Shown here piece after piece: positions 1-13,709 of a stretch of 64,000 bases of DNA. Made by a program: the position numbers and the translations under genes. Source of the stretch: Octopus sinensis (taxonomy: Eukaryota); contig NC_043004.1 in NCBI RefSeq assembly GCF_006345805.1, forward strand, positions 84,444,001 through 84,508,000, read 5' to 3'. The first letter of the stretch is position 1, and the number at the start of each line of letters is the position of its first letter. The notes beneath the pieces are model-generated. The model did not search any database. It was not told where the DNA came from and worked only from the letters and a program-made list of their open reading frames with translations.

Positions 1-1
1 T

Positions 2-1004
2 TTAAACGGACTGGACGTAAACATCCAATTCACGATGGAATATAGCCAACAACAACTCCCCTTCCTCGATATCCTCATTAAGAAAGCTAATAATATAATA
101 GAAACAGACATATACTATAAGCCTACAGACTCTAAGCAATATCTTCCATTCAATTCATGCCACCCCAGACACACCAGGATGAATATCCCCTTCAATCTAG
201 CAAAAAGGATATGCACTATAGTCTCTAACGCAAACACCAGAGACACACGACTACAAGAACTAAAAGATACCCTAATCACCAGGAACTATCCACCTTCACT
301 TATTGACAAGTGCATTCAACGTGCCCTTCAACTTAACATCAAGGAACTGAGACATCCCAAATCAAAGAAAAACTTACAACCAAAAGCCTTACTATACATC
401 TCCACACACAACCCTCTCAATAACGAAGCCTTCGACACCATCCTCCACAACATACCCCTCCTAAAAAAGACCACAGAATGAACACAATCCTCCAAACACA
501 CACGATCATAAAAAGCAAAAGACAGCCTAGATCCATGAAAAGTCTCCTTACACAAGCCCTAATTCACTCTTCAACACAGAAACCGACAGTAAAAAAATGT
601 GGAAGACCCAATTGGGGGATATGCGACTATCTAATCGAGGGTTCTGAGTTCTCCTTCAAACAGGGACAACGGTTTACAGTGAAAAGCAACTTCACATGTG
701 CTTCGGAGAACCTAATATACTCACTAACCTGCTCCGGGTGTCAAGAGCAGTACATAGGCCAAACAAAAAATGGTTTGCGTAAACGAATGGCCCTGCACAG
801 ATCCCAGATAAAAATTCCCCAAAACAGAAAAATAGCTTTTAGCCAACACATAGATACTTGCGCCAACAAAAAACACCAAACTTCAGAATTTTCCCCCTCT
901 ACCAATTTAGGGACGATACAACCTCGAGACAAAGAATAAGTAAAGAAAATCTCTTTATTACAAAATACAAGCCACTTCTTAACGGGTCTACGACAAACAA
1001 TTAA
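2..1004 (+). mobile_element. Penelope-like element, 3' part of ORF (RT thumb + GIY-YIG endonuclease), frameshifted; continues beyond window start
   Basis: Frame open from nt 2: LNGLDVNIQFTMEYSQQQLPFLDILI..ETDIYYKPTDSKQYLPFNSCHP..NIPFNLAKRICTI (PLE RT C-terminus). After a frameshift near 470: KCGRPNWGICDYL..NFTCASENLIYSLTCSGCQEQYIGQT..LRKRMALHRSQI (GIY-YIG). A second frameshift near 870 restores ..FRIFPLYQ..KENLFITKYKPLLNG, stop at 1002-1004. Confidence 0.93.
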
Positions 1005-1138
1005 TATACCTCAACTTTAGAATAAAAGAAAAAAATATATATACACACACAAATATTACACTCCATAGAATCCATTACTAATCAGCCCCTTCATAGCTAT
1101 ATTTACATCCATTCATATTCTCCCTTCTCTGTTTTTTT

Positions 1139-1346
1139 CTTCTTCTTCTTCTTCATCATCATCGTTATCATCATCATCGGCGTCATCATCATCGCCACCA
1201 TCATCACCACCATCTTCTCCTTCTCCTCCTTCTTCTTCTTCATCATCATCGTTATCATCATCATCGTCGTCATAATCATCACCACCATCACCATCATCTT
1301 CTCCTTCTCCTTCTCCTTCTTCTTCTTCTTCTTCTTCTTCTTCTCC
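1139..1346. repeat. Compound (TTC)/(ATC)/(ACC) triplet repeat, two ~87-bp copies, in PLE 3' UTR
   Basis: The unit containing 'atcgttatcatc' recurs at 1164 and 1251 (period 87). Confidence 0.9.
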
Positions 1347-1690
1347 ACCCCCTACCCCTTAAGTTTGTCACTAATGTTTTTTAGTATAACACCTACGCTA
1401 ATTCTATAAACAAGCCTGTCAATATAAATATTCTCCTGAATTGAACTGAGACTGCCAGCCGCCACTGACCATTCAAAATACGACCATCAGGGCACTCCAG
1501 ATTCTCCCACCCCCCTTTCCTCACCAGCCTTCCCTCTACTACCCTACCAGAACTCACAACTACCTCGAACACACAAGTGCAAACAAGGGAGTCAGAGAAA
1601 GGCAGAATGCCACTTAAATCTGAACACTACTATAGAAATATTCTTTTAAGAAAACTTTTCTTCTAATTTTTCTAAATTTAATTGTTTAAT

Positions 1691-1738
1691 CGTTACAGTT
1701 GAAAAGGTCTCAAAATGACCGAAACCGGTACTGAAATG
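1691..1738 (+). ncRNA. Minimal type I hammerhead ribozyme, U3-A8 core variant, in PLE 3' region
   Basis: CGTTACAG-TTGAAAA-GGTC(TCAAAAT)GACC-GAAAC-CG-GTA-CTGAAATG. Stem I has 8 positions with one A.A mismatch, stem II is 4 bp, helix III is the palindrome ACCGGT, cleavage triplet GUA. It lies ~700 nt downstream of the PLE ORF on the same strand. Confidence 0.72.
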
Positions 1739-1879
1739 TTCACTATAAAATTATTTTAGCATTTTCTATTTTTTACTTGTTTTTTCATATATATATAAAC
1801 ATATACATACATACATACACATTTATATATATATGTGTGTGTGTGTGTGTACGTATGTATGTATGTATGTATAAATATT

Positions 1880-2040
1880 TCACTGGCTGCATCGTTAGCA
1901 CGCCGGAGAAATTCGTTAGTGTCATTTCCTGCGTTTTTAGCTTCTCAATTCAATTTCAGCCTAAGTCTATTTTGACTTCCACCATTTCAGGGTCGATGAA
2001 ATTAGTTCCAGTTGGAAATTGTGGTTGATGTGGCCGATGT
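1880..2040 (+). mobile_element. Decayed tRNA-derived SINE, family A fragment
   Basis: 'tcgttagcacgccggagaaat' and 'tttcagggtcgatgaaattagttccag' match the head and core of the intact copies at 51286 and 53243. Confidence 0.6.
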
Positions 2041-2183
2041 ACACTCCTCAGCCTGAGTGGCCTTGGGGATTGCAGTGCTAATAACATGTTGTTAGAACTC
2101 AATCTACATGTACTTCAGCACGAAGCCTCCGTCGAGGGCGCTAATAAGAAAAAGTGATGGTAAAGAAAGTAAACAATTACGAC

Positions 2184-2333
2184 TGGCTGTATAGTAAGTA
2201 GCTTGCTTACCAACCATATGTTCCCTGGTTCAGACTCACTGTGTGGCACCTAATCCGAGTAACTTCTAATACAACTTCGGGCCGACCAAAGCCTTGTGAG
2301 TGGATTTGGTAGACGGAGACTGAAAGAAGCCCG

Positions 2334-2382
<49 letters not shown>

Positions 2383-2533
2383 CATATACATGTGTGTGTG
2401 TACCTGTCTGTCTATGTGTGTAAGTTTGTGTATGTGTTTGTCCTCCCAACAACACATGACAACTAATGCTGGTGTGATAACCTCCCCGTACCTTAACGGT
2501 TCAGCAAAAGACTGAAACAAGTAAAAGAATAAA
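2184..2533 (+). mobile_element. tRNA-derived SINE, family B (internal TA/TG microsatellite)
   Basis: 'tggctgt..gtaagtagcttgcttaccaacca..ggttcag..gccgaccaaagccttgtgagtggatttggtagacgg..tgaaagaagcccgtc' and tail 'actgaaacaagtaaaagaataaa'; homologous to 26641-27024 and 63415-63872. Confidence 0.88.
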
Positions 2534-3220
2534 ATAAATATGCTATAAATTCCATTTCTTTACAGCTGTTCCTGGTATAAGATGCCATGTATTTCAAGTT
2601 TATTATTTGAGTATCACTCTGCAGCTTCATCGGAGATGCAAACCTGAATAGGGTGATGCTTATGCTCATAACGGTGAGTGCAATGCACTTCATGGCACTT
2701 CGTGGTAGAAACAGCTATAAGCTAATGAAGTTCCTAAGATAACAGTTTGCTTTTCTTTGTTGTCGTCTAAATTCATTTTCATCTCAAGATTAATAACTGA
2801 AAGTATCATGCGATTTTAGAATATCTGCACTGAACACTCCCAAGACGGAGATGAATGGAAAATAGATAAAAAAGAGTTTACTGTAATATCAGTATTATAT
2901 TCTTTATCAGTGAGGCACAAGTATATTGAGGAAAAGAACAACAATTGTGAAACTTCAAATATAATGCTAGTTTGAGTTCCTTCAATTTTTTTTTCTCAAT
3001 TTCAAATAGCGAGAAATAATTTTTTTTTTTTTTATTGGTACAAAATTCCTTAGCGTGTTACCAAGCAGGGCAGAATATGACCTAGCGACTAGCACTGTCA
3101 TATTAACACGATTGGTTGCCAACATAAAATAAGAAAGACACTTCTACATTATACAGAGTGTGATCTGGGATAGAAGCAAATCAGAAAAACAACACACACA
3201 CACACACACACACATTAAAG

Positions 3221-3545
3221 TAGCAATCCGTCATTTACGACGACGTGGGCCCCAGCTGATGCGATCAACGGAACAGCTTGCTCGTGAAATTAAGGTGCTA
3301 GTAGCTGAGCAATCCACAGACACGCGTACCCCTAGCATAGTTTTCAGGGAGGAAGATTCAGCGTGACACAGAGTGTGACAAGCCTGGACCTTTGAATTGC
3401 AGTTACAACTCATTTTTGCCAGCTGAGTGGACTGGAGCAACGTGAAATAAAGTGCCTTGCTCAAGGATACAACGCGTCGTCGGGAATTGAACGCACGACC
3501 TTACAATCGTAAATGGAATACCCTAACCTCTAAGCCACGCGCCTT
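3221..3545 (-). mobile_element. tRNA-derived SINE, family C
   Basis: Minus strand begins 'ggcgcgtggcttagaggttagggtattcc..gtcgtgcgttcaattccc' (A/B-box-like), then 'gtatccttgagcaaggcactttatttcacgttgctccagtccactcagctg'; homologous to 35734-36030. Confidence 0.88.
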
Positions 3546-5540
3546 CCCATACACACATATCATTGCTTATATAAATAGGCAATCAAACGAAAGCTGCTGA
3601 TTTTAGAAAGAGCTATGTAGCGGCGAATATATCACCGAGTTATCACGATTCTAATATCTATTATTGAGAAGACATTTCATGATTATTCCTAACTTTGCGA
3701 CATAGATAAATTATAAAATAAATTATCGGTCAGGTATAGATTCGTAGAAAGTATGCTTTCTTAAACCATAATTTACGCTTCTATACTCAAAGTTGTTGAA
3801 TTTACAAGCAATTTTACCATCACCCATCTGTGATATATGACAACGATAGAATTTGTATATCTTTTGTTCGAGTAGGGAAAATACTATTTAATCATACAGT
3901 GCCATTTGTCTTAAACAGGACTGTCGTATTGCATAATATAATCATAGCAATATATATATATGAAACAAGCTCCTATTGAATGGCAAATATTTTCCCATGG
4001 ACGGAATGAACGCGATGACCAATATCATCATATTCCACTGCTCTCGCGACAAATTTATCATCTTCTCAAAGAAAGCACCATATTGTTTCGTAATTTGTTT
4101 ACGATATGGTGTTTTGATATTTAGATGTCTGGCTCAGTTCATGACACTTGTTTGAAGTTTGCCGAATTTTCCTCCTATTGTTTTCCAAATTAATAAATAA
4201 AATTAAGTTTATTATTTGTGTCCGTTGATCAAGAAGCTATGATCTCTATTTAATAAGTGAAATAGCATAATACGGCACTTAGTAACTGTTTATTTTTGTC
4301 AGACAGCTAATAATATATCAATAAATTGTATTCGGGGTAAATAATGAGTTGTTGAATCGAATGCATTTGAATGAAGAAGAATGTAATGAATAATAATCTG
4401 CCTTTAGGCACAATTAGACAAATTAATTACAAATTTTGATATTTGAAAGGTTGTAACAATTATAGATGATGAATGAAAGTATTTTGAGGCGATTCTCCTG
4501 CCGTTTAAACTTAGCGTATTTGAATCACTTTAGACACAAGTCATCCAGGTGAAAATTGTTTTATTGTATCAGTGTATCTGATCTCGAACCTCTCAAACAT
4601 AACCTTTATAATATTTCATTTCAAATAACTACGGTTATGCAGCGTATGAAGTGATAGTTATGTGTGTATGCATATATGTATGTATAAAATTGTATGCACT
4701 AGTTAAGAATGTTGCCTACAATTATGCATAAATATACTTATTGTATTACTAATGTGATTCCTTAGCACAAATAAACCACAATTAGCCATTTGTCAGTTCG
4801 GCTAATTACCATTTGAAATTTCAAATAGATTATGTCTGAGCAACCAATGAAGCATTAAAATTTAGCCAGAGGAATCTTGCTAAATTACAATTTCAAACAC
4901 TGTAGCCAGTCAACGAAATTGTTTTGATTATAGGCCTTTTATACTAATCAATCAAGTTACAATATAATGTTGTTTAATATACTAATTTCTGGATATTGAT
5001 TACTTTACCAATCAATCGAAATAGAAAGTTTTTCTTCTTTTATAGACAAATTTGCAATATAGTCTCAGACACCGATTTAAAATGAAGCAGCATTTTAATT
5101 GCATTTGTATTCAAATTTAGTTGTTTCATCCGATCAAAGCATCACTTTTATTTAACTTAGATACGGATTGATTAATTTGCTAAACAAGACGTGTAATTAA
5201 AACTTTATTACTAATGCGCTTTGATACTTCGAAGAAAGGAAGCAAACAATAAAGGCAGAAAATCTATGAATTTTCATTGAGGTAAGATGGCTTAATGATC
5301 TTAAAACATTAGACATTTCTGGCGAGCAGAAAATAACCAAAAACTTTCCGCCTGAATTATAATGTTCATATAATATTTCTCTGTAACTCGGGAACAAACA
5401 GCTTAAGTAATATAAATTTAATATCACATGACTGAGATGAAAAAAGAAAGTTTTCTAAGTTCAAAAGTATTGGCTATGAAAATATATTTTAAGCGATAAT
5501 GAACGCTGACATTTTAAAATTATTTAATTGGTAAATGGAA

Positions 5541-5586
5541 TGGTATGTTAATGTCTTATGCAATGGTATGTTAATGTCTTATGCAA
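5541..5586. repeat. Exact 23-bp tandem duplication
   Basis: tggtatgttaatgtcttatgcaa x2. Confidence 0.9.
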
Positions 5587-6604
5587 TGCATAAATGATTC
5601 ATGTATTTGTCGGGTTTTATGTTGATGGTAGTGATTCTGATGTTGATGTTGGTGTTAATATTGTTTAAATCTGATTGTGTATGCATATGATCAAAGACAT
5701 AATAACAGTAAAGATATTGTCTAATAATCAATGCACATAGAGATATATCATTTAATGAGGCTGTCTTTCTTCAAAGCGACACCGTATGATGTAAATGAGA
5801 TTTGAGATGACGTTCATCAGAAATGCATCATTATATACTCACGGTGCGATATTATTTATTTCATAAGTGTATTAAATAGGGGTGGGGTTGCAACCTTTTC
5901 TTTTAAAATAATCACTGAATTTGCATTTGACCTTTCAGCAATTCTAAAGTGGTAAAATTTTAATAAACCTGTACTGACTACAAAAACCTTTTAAACCCAT
6001 TTCTTTTAAACTGACAATATATCATTAAACGTTTATTTCATGACTAATTTACAAAATACTGGAGTATAGTTTGCGATAAACCTGTCCCTACTCAGGAATA
6101 TATCATAATGTTATCATACAGAAGAAAATAATCATGTGCATTCCGTAATGAACTCTACACGAGTAAAATAACTGCACATTGCTCAACAAAAGTAGACGCA
6201 CTGAATATTGCGTACAAATACATCAATAGAAGCTTCACCCAAATTGCAGTTTAGCTGAAATCCATACTCATGAAGATTTACACTTGACCTTTCGATAAAT
6301 AACATATTATTACAAACTAGTAAACACCACTGGTATTTTCATGCATTAATTTTTAATTTGTGACACAAACTATAGGCGTCTTCTTATGAGTTTTAGATCG
6401 TCTTATGAACTTATCGCCTGGATTTTGTCTTTGTCCTACATTTCTAGGTGAGAGTTTATTCTAGAATAGCCTCTTTGAAACCTTGTGTAATCGGACATGA
6501 ACAGCAGCAAATAATGCAAAAACCAGTCAGGAAGCAATCTTCTTTATTCTTTATTTGTATACCTAATTAATCATTTGGTCAATTATCGGTTTCAGTGTTT
6601 CACA

Positions 6605-6800
6605 CAAAATCGGCATTTTCAGGGTCATGGGTAAATCGATTATATCGACTCCAGAGCGCAACTGGTACATAATCCAACGACCTCAAAAGGGGGAAAGCCA
6701 AAGTCTATATCGGTGGAATTTGATATCAGAAGGTATGGAGGGACGAAATGCAACTATGCATGTGACCCAAGGTGGTAACGCTTCTGCCAGCTTGGCGCCT
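6605..6800 (-). mobile_element. Decayed SINE family A
   Basis: Reverse complement matches the family A head 'ggcgccaagctggcagaagcgttacc' and core 'gtaccagttgcgctctggagtcgatataatcgat'. Confidence 0.75.
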
Positions 6801-8398
6801 TTGGTTTCTTCACTTTTTTCGCATTATATGAAAATATATAGTATTAGAAGGAAAATTTTATTTCTATAGTGATTTATAATTAGAAATGCAGAGTGATAAA
6901 CGATATTAATATATCTTTTCTATATTCATTAAAACGTTTCTGGCCCATAATTCCAACCTTCCAAAGTTCCATCATTCAGACTAATTGCTTCTCATCATGG
7001 TTTCTAATTGAATTCAAGAACATCCTAATCAAGATTTTGAATAGTCTTACGTTCTGATTTATCTGAAAATATTCTGTTTCCGATATAATAAGTCCTCGGG
7101 GGAAATGAATGACGCTGTTCAAAAGAACTCGCTCTTCTTAATTAGGGAACTTTAATTATTTATTGGATGTAACTTAGATTCGTAATAATACTAACCTCTG
7201 GGTGTGACAACCGAGATAGAACCAAAGTTTTCAGCGATTGAATTGTAACTAATGTTTCCTTCCGTATTAGGATAGTTTATTGCAGCTGAATAGATATCCT
7301 TTGCGCATTGAATAACTAGTTGATGAGTTAGAAGGTTAATTTCCAAAGACCACCAGATAAATCAGATATTTTGCTGTAGCTTCTACAAAGTGGTGCCTTA
7401 AGCAAAAACAGCTTCTCTATTGCAATAAACAAAGCTAAAGACACACAACTGAAATATTATAAACTTTGCTATAATGTCGATTAAAATTAGAACCAAAATA
7501 GTTTACAAATCCATTCCTATTTCATTTAAACCAAATAGCATTACATTGCCAAATGTTATTTAGGTAATCACAACTCTCACGACATCCCAATCTCTTTCTA
7601 TCGTACATATAAGCCAGACACAGCAGATCAACAATGACACTCTACATATTTCTTCAATTCTTTTACTTTACACCGCATGCAATTAATTGCTAGATACATT
7701 TTCATTACTTATTGCTTAAATAATATTAACACAAAATACATCATTTATTGGCGACGATATCTAATCAAACATGTAGTTATATGACATATTTCTAACAAAT
7801 TTATAACAAAAAATAAATGTCAGCGAATACATTATTTATTGCTTATATTGTGCACAAAATAAACACTCTCAATGTATATTAAACAATTTGTGTGCGGGAA
7901 TTTAATATGTACAGATGTTAGTACGTTTAATTAACGATTCTTTCCACAAGAGAAATTAAAGGAAGAAAATGATTGAATTTGATATTTTGTAAATATTACT
8001 ATGACACTCAGATTTCCATCAAGTAACATCTAAAATTACTGAATTTTTAATAGCTATATAAAACTCTCATGTGTAAATATGACTATGGAAACGAAGCGTA
8101 GGTTATATTTTTATCTGATATATTTTTTAAATTGTGATACTATAAAACACGACAAAATTTCATATAGACCCCATGTACTGGACGCGCGTGTATGTTAAAT
8201 GTCGAAGAGAGGACATTGAAATATGTATGAAATTCTTGGCTTTCACGAAGCTACACGCAATGACCGTCTGGTCTAAGCTAAGTTTGTCTACGCTTTGTCA
8301 CGTCTAGTTTATCAATCACCAAGATTTTCAGAATCGTATCATCATACCGACCACAACACGCATAAGATTGTACAGGGTTACAAGAGCTCTCAAATATC

Positions 8399-8409
8399 CA
8401 TATATATAT

Positions 8410-8481
<72 letters not shown>

Positions 8482-8498
8482 TATATATATATATATAT
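8399..8498. repeat. (TA)n microsatellite
   Basis: Near-pure TA run. Similar TA/TG/CA arrays lie at about 10405-10463, 11643-11930, 13584-13735, 15570-15830, 16073-16130, 16383-16456, 16830-17212, 20200-20473, 21240-21440, 31045-31400, 34365-34478, 36837-36925, 37165-37350, 40560-40670, 40948-41030 and 46260-46710. Confidence 0.95.
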
Positions 8499-8795
8499 TT
8501 TAATAGAAGTCACAAAAGTCACAGGGATTACTGACTAGCACCGCTTTTGTTAAAGATAAAGCAACTCAAAGCCACAACTGCACTATCTTAAATGACGGAC
8601 AAAGGGAGTTAAGTACCCAGCGTATACCGCTGGGTCGTGATTTCGGAATTTGATGTAGACCATCTTAATCCACTTCAGCGTGCCTTAACGCCCGAGCTTA
8701 AACTCAAATACATTTGTCAGTTTTAAGAGAAAAACCGTTGAAATTCTGTGCTGATTTCCCAAACGGTTAAAGTGTAAACAACGAAATCACGTTTT

Positions 8796-8940
8796 CAGCG
8801 GCGAACTGGCACAATTGTTAGCACGCCGGGCAATAGGCTTAGCGGTATTTCGCCCGTACTTGCGTTCTGTGTTCAAATTCCTCCGGGGTCGGCTCTACCT
8901 TCATCCCTTCTTGATTGATCGATAAAATAATTACTAGTTC
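8796..8940 (+). mobile_element. SINE family A, 3'-truncated
   Basis: 'agcggcgaactggcacaattgttagcacgccgggc..gcggtatttcg..gttcaaattcc..ggtcgg..ttcatcc'. Confidence 0.82.
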
Positions 8941-9241
8941 AGTAATGAAGTCAATGTTATCAACAATCTTCGGCCACCCAAATTTCAAATCTAGTGCCTA
9001 TAATAGAAAGGATTATATTTACTATTCTTATTGTTGTCGTCGTTGCTGTTTTTGATACAATCTCGTCTTGTAGTAGTCAGCACTTCTTAATATTGTTGAG
9101 TTCTTTATCATACACACATACATCCCCGGGTATGCTAATATCCTTGATCTTGTTGTCCTTCGTCATTTATCCATAACAACAATTTCTTCTACAACCCTTT
9201 GGAGGTCCATTCAAGTGCATAGCTAAGAGCCGTATGTCCCA

Positions 9242-9281
<40 letters not shown>

Positions 9282-10401
9282 AATAAGTGGAATGTTTACT
9301 GGGAGTTATACCCTATTATTTGAATCTCTATTCTGTTCCGAATAATTTGTCATAATCGTGTGATGATTATTCTGTTTAGGTAACAGAAATCTGGGCAGTT
9401 TATATAATATTATGATTTAAATGCTTATTTGTAACATGAAAATGGTTTCATTTGCTTTTGTGTTCACATTTTCAAACTTTTAATTTCAGATTGGCCTCAC
9501 TTATAACTATATTGGTATTGTGAATAAAGGGCGTTACGAATCAAACTTAGAAGACAGTAAATTACCCTATAGAAGAACATAAGCAGAGATGTGGTTGCTA
9601 CATTTCTTAAGGTCAAATACTAGCATCTTAAGAGAAAGGATGTTCTCACTGGATAATGCCTATCTATAGTTATACAAAATGATATTTCTGTTGAAGATGA
9701 AGGATTTGCTGAATAAGAATTGATTGTGAACAGCAGCAATAATGCAACATAAAACCGAATTTCTGAACGGCTGCACCTCCTGTGGAATATCAGTATCCAT
9801 TCCAAAAGGATTTAATAGTAACATTAAATTATACATTGCTGCAGAACCTTAAATTAGGGATAAACAAGGCTTTAATACTAATAGCTTTGATCATATCACA
9901 ACTTGCGTTTCTTAAACCAACGTTAAACAATGATATAATCCTGTTTCAGTAACATGCAAGAAATCGCTCGTATTCCATTGAAAATTACCCTCCCACGTAG
10001 TCCGGTCTTTTTGATTTCTATAATAGTATATACAGTGTAACAACACGCCAACACACGTTTCTTATTACAGGTTACCTGCTCAGGATACAAAGGTAATTCC
10101 AAACAATTACAAGGGACTAAATATTAGCATAATCATTGACGGAAATCAATTACTCATCTTGTAATTTTATTGTTTATTGTGAGTTGCTACTTATATATTA
10201 TTCAATACTCTACATTTTAATTAAAATTTATAGAATATACCATGGGAACAACTCCCCATAACCGCCCCAGGGAATACTTATTGAGGATTTAGTTGACATG
10301 GGTGTAAAGACGCTTAGTATAAAGCCATATATGCGCTAACACACAGGATTTGGCAATTATTTCCAAGTTTCTATCTGAAAATGCTTACCCGTGTTCATGT
10401 T

Positions 10402-10466
<65 letters not shown>

Positions 10467-11503
10467 ATACTAGCTAAATAAGTAAATATATAATTTTTAG
10501 CTTAGTATATATTGAATTATACATTTCCTATAGATCTTCTCTATTGTAAATAAGCTACATCTACTTTATCTTGATTAATCTGTTTTATTCCTTTCCTATA
10601 GTGTTCTGCCCTACCTGATTATTTTATTTCTGTAATATTTTATGATAGCCTTTATTTATGCAATAAATCTAATTTTTGTACCGCCATGAATTCATACTTA
10701 GCTTATATAGAAATATACTGGTGTATTCACTACTTAAAGTAAACTGCTTAGATTATAATTTTATTAATATTTTGTTAGCATGTTCTTTTACCTCAGTACT
10801 CCTTTATCAAATACAAGTATATACAAATTGATCAATATCCACAGATTACGTTACTGTTTAAGTATATAATATGTATAAATATTAAAATATTTCTACATAA
10901 TTTCTTTTCTTCCCTCTATTGTGGTAGACGAATGATATATACTCGAAAGTATTAAAAACAAAAACCTTCGTATCCCTTTGTTATCAAATTCTTCTTAATA
11001 ATCCTCTGAATAGCCCTACACCTCAACTTTTTACAATATAGCACTATTGTTCATAATATTTAACAATAGTACTACATGATTAGATTTCCCCTGTTTCATT
11101 GTCAATGGTCTGATAGTGGCCGGCCCCCTTAATTGTCAGCAAACATCTTGATTTAAGTTTTCCTTTACCAAATCTCATGATTTTGCTTTGTATAAATCTT
11201 GGTTTTTTGTGCCTATACCCACTCTGATTTCTGTCGTCCCCTCAACCCTATCCCTAACAGACAATGCCCCTTATTCTCACGGCCTTAGATATACAAGGAT
11301 TTTTAAAAAATAGGCTATAAATTAAAACTGATCCCATACAACACTGACAAGCAAAATCTTTAAAAAGTCTTTCTTTCTGATACCTGAGTACCTTCTAAGC
11401 TGAATTAAAGGCAGCATGTTCTTTTGTCTATCTCCTTAACATCTTGGAAATTTTAGGTAAAATTATACTAATGTGTCCATATATATATAATATATATATA
11501 TAT

Positions 11504-11641
11504 AAACGTAAAAGACTTGTTTTATTTCTATTCCTGAGCGCCATACTAGTATATTGATTGTTTGTACTCCACCTGCCTTCGTCTCTTGTTTAATTTCGTA
11601 AACCTGCGTTCGTCTTTTGTTTATTTTCGTAAACCTTCCGG

Positions 11642-11645
<4 letters not shown>
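11504..11645 (+). mobile_element. Short PLE-like tail repeat, copy 1 (5'-truncated inside the hammerhead GAAAC)
   Basis: Closely similar to 15934-16075 ('aagacttgttttatttctattcctgagcgccatacta..gtactccacctgccttcg..ttttcgtaaacc'); starts at AAACGTA-AAAGA; flanked by TA repeats. Confidence 0.7.
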
Positions 11646-11694
<49 letters not shown>

Positions 11695-11799
11695 GATACA
11701 TTTACGTATGCCTCTGTATGTATGTGGAGTGTTCTATGAATGTCTTTTTTTACAAATATACAGTAAATATGTATATGTATATATAACACACGCATATGC

Positions 11800-11830
<31 letters not shown>

Positions 11831-13583
11831 AATATTACACGCATACTCGCATGCTTACACACATATATACATACAGCACATACACTCACACACACACTTA
11901 CACACATATATACATGCGTTATGTGCAGATATGTACAGGCCACTTGATAACAGGTATGTTACTTATAAAGAGATGAGATCATTTCATTTAAAAATAAATT
12001 ATTAAACAGAAATTATCTGTCACATAAGATCTCGATATTCTGTTAATTCATACGCTTACCATTATTTACAACACACCTGTTAGGCTACATGTATTAATTA
12101 GAATGATTCATTTGTGTTGTATGCAAACAGCCATTAAACATACATCATTTCACTCATTTGTTTTTCTCTATCACCTGCTTCACATTATTGCTTATAATCT
12201 CTCCTGATATAATCTCTCCTTACATACTCGTTGATAAATATATATAGGATGAAGCTATATATATGCAATCATCTTGCGATTTTTACTGTGCTTGAACAGT
12301 TCCTATGGTGAAGGTGTTCTGGATTTCATCATATTTTTATCTTTCCACTAATGTTGGGTTTCAAGATTTCATTGCAGAATCGAAATCCTGTTCGTATTTA
12401 AGATGGCATTTCAATATCTGGAAGAGTTTTGGCATTTGGTTCTGAGAAATCGAGCGAAAATAGAAATTCTTTAGCTGAGACTATTACGCAATACCTGCTT
12501 AAACCGTAACTGCCAGAAATGTTTGAGTGCAAGTATAGTCTTGTATGTGATACACGCCATATTTTTACACCTGCTCCAATAAGCAATGAATAAACGCTGA
12601 TATGAAATAACCATCATAGGCCATTTTATGATATTCTCACTGAATACATCAACTAAATGAAAAGATTAATAGTAGTGACATAGTGGGATACAATGTATTA
12701 TAAATATTACGCGGAGAATGTAGGACGCTGACAGAAGGTGCAGTAAGTTTTATACCCAAACTGAAGTCTTGGCAAGACTGTTGTAGAGCAATGACATTTA
12801 CTAAGGTTGACCACTGTTGCCTTCATGATAGCGGCTGGTGTTAACGAAGTAAATAGGAAACGAAAATTCTGTCTATTCTAAGTCACAAGTCTTCGTTCCA
12901 TTTTAGGTTACTCAAACACGAAATAAACTAGTGTGCAACCGAATTTCGTAAGCAAAAATAATCTATACAACCTATTTAGAATTCTGGGCGGTAGAAATTT
13001 GTAAAGTAAAATCTATTACTATGTGTTTATTTTAAACTGCGAGTCACCTGTAGGAATATTTCATGTCCTCCATCTGAATTAAATAAAATTCATGCCACGA
13101 AACTTCCACTATAAGCCTTTACATAACTGGTTCATATGTATATAACAATAATTAAGAAATGTTGCAACATAATTTTCATATATTAATGGGCAATATAACG
13201 TACGTTTTACAAGGTGGAGAGTAAATGTTTCAGTAAATATCTTGTGGTATATGCGTATACAAACAGACACACAGGCGCACACAAGGCCATAGAGGAGGTG
13301 GTATGAAACGGCTTCAGGACTGGTTAAGTTTAATAACAAATAAATTATTTAACTAAGTTTTAACATCATCTCCTTCGAACTAGTCACCTTTACACTAAAA
13401 TAAGCGTTGCTACCGTTTTAGTCCTTGGCTTCGAATCCGTTTTCGCTCTTGATCTTCATAATGGTGTTTACATGCTGACATTTGAGCTATATTTTCATCT
13501 CGAGGAAGAAATGGAAGTCTACAGTAGGTATGTCTGGCGAATAGGGTGTATTCTAGAATCATACCATGTTGCTTAGAGAATTC

Positions 13584-13632
<49 letters not shown>

Positions 13633-13655
13633 TGTGTGTATATATGTGTATATAT

Positions 13656-13709
<54 letters not shown>

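Noticed and set aside
1103-1348. 81-aa K/M/V-rich ORF
   Set aside because: Antisense of the TTC/ATC repeat in the PLE 3' UTR.
3430-3545. tRNA-like sequences here and at other SINE heads
   Set aside because: A/B-box-like motifs run into SINE bodies and do not form complete cloverleafs; not tRNA genes.
6925-6985. Minus-strand CTGAATGA..CCAGAAACGTT
   Set aside because: Stem I does not pair in register and stem II is only 3 bp.
10470-11460. Possible decayed LINE 3' region on the minus strand
   Set aside because: No diagnostic motif could be read with confidence.
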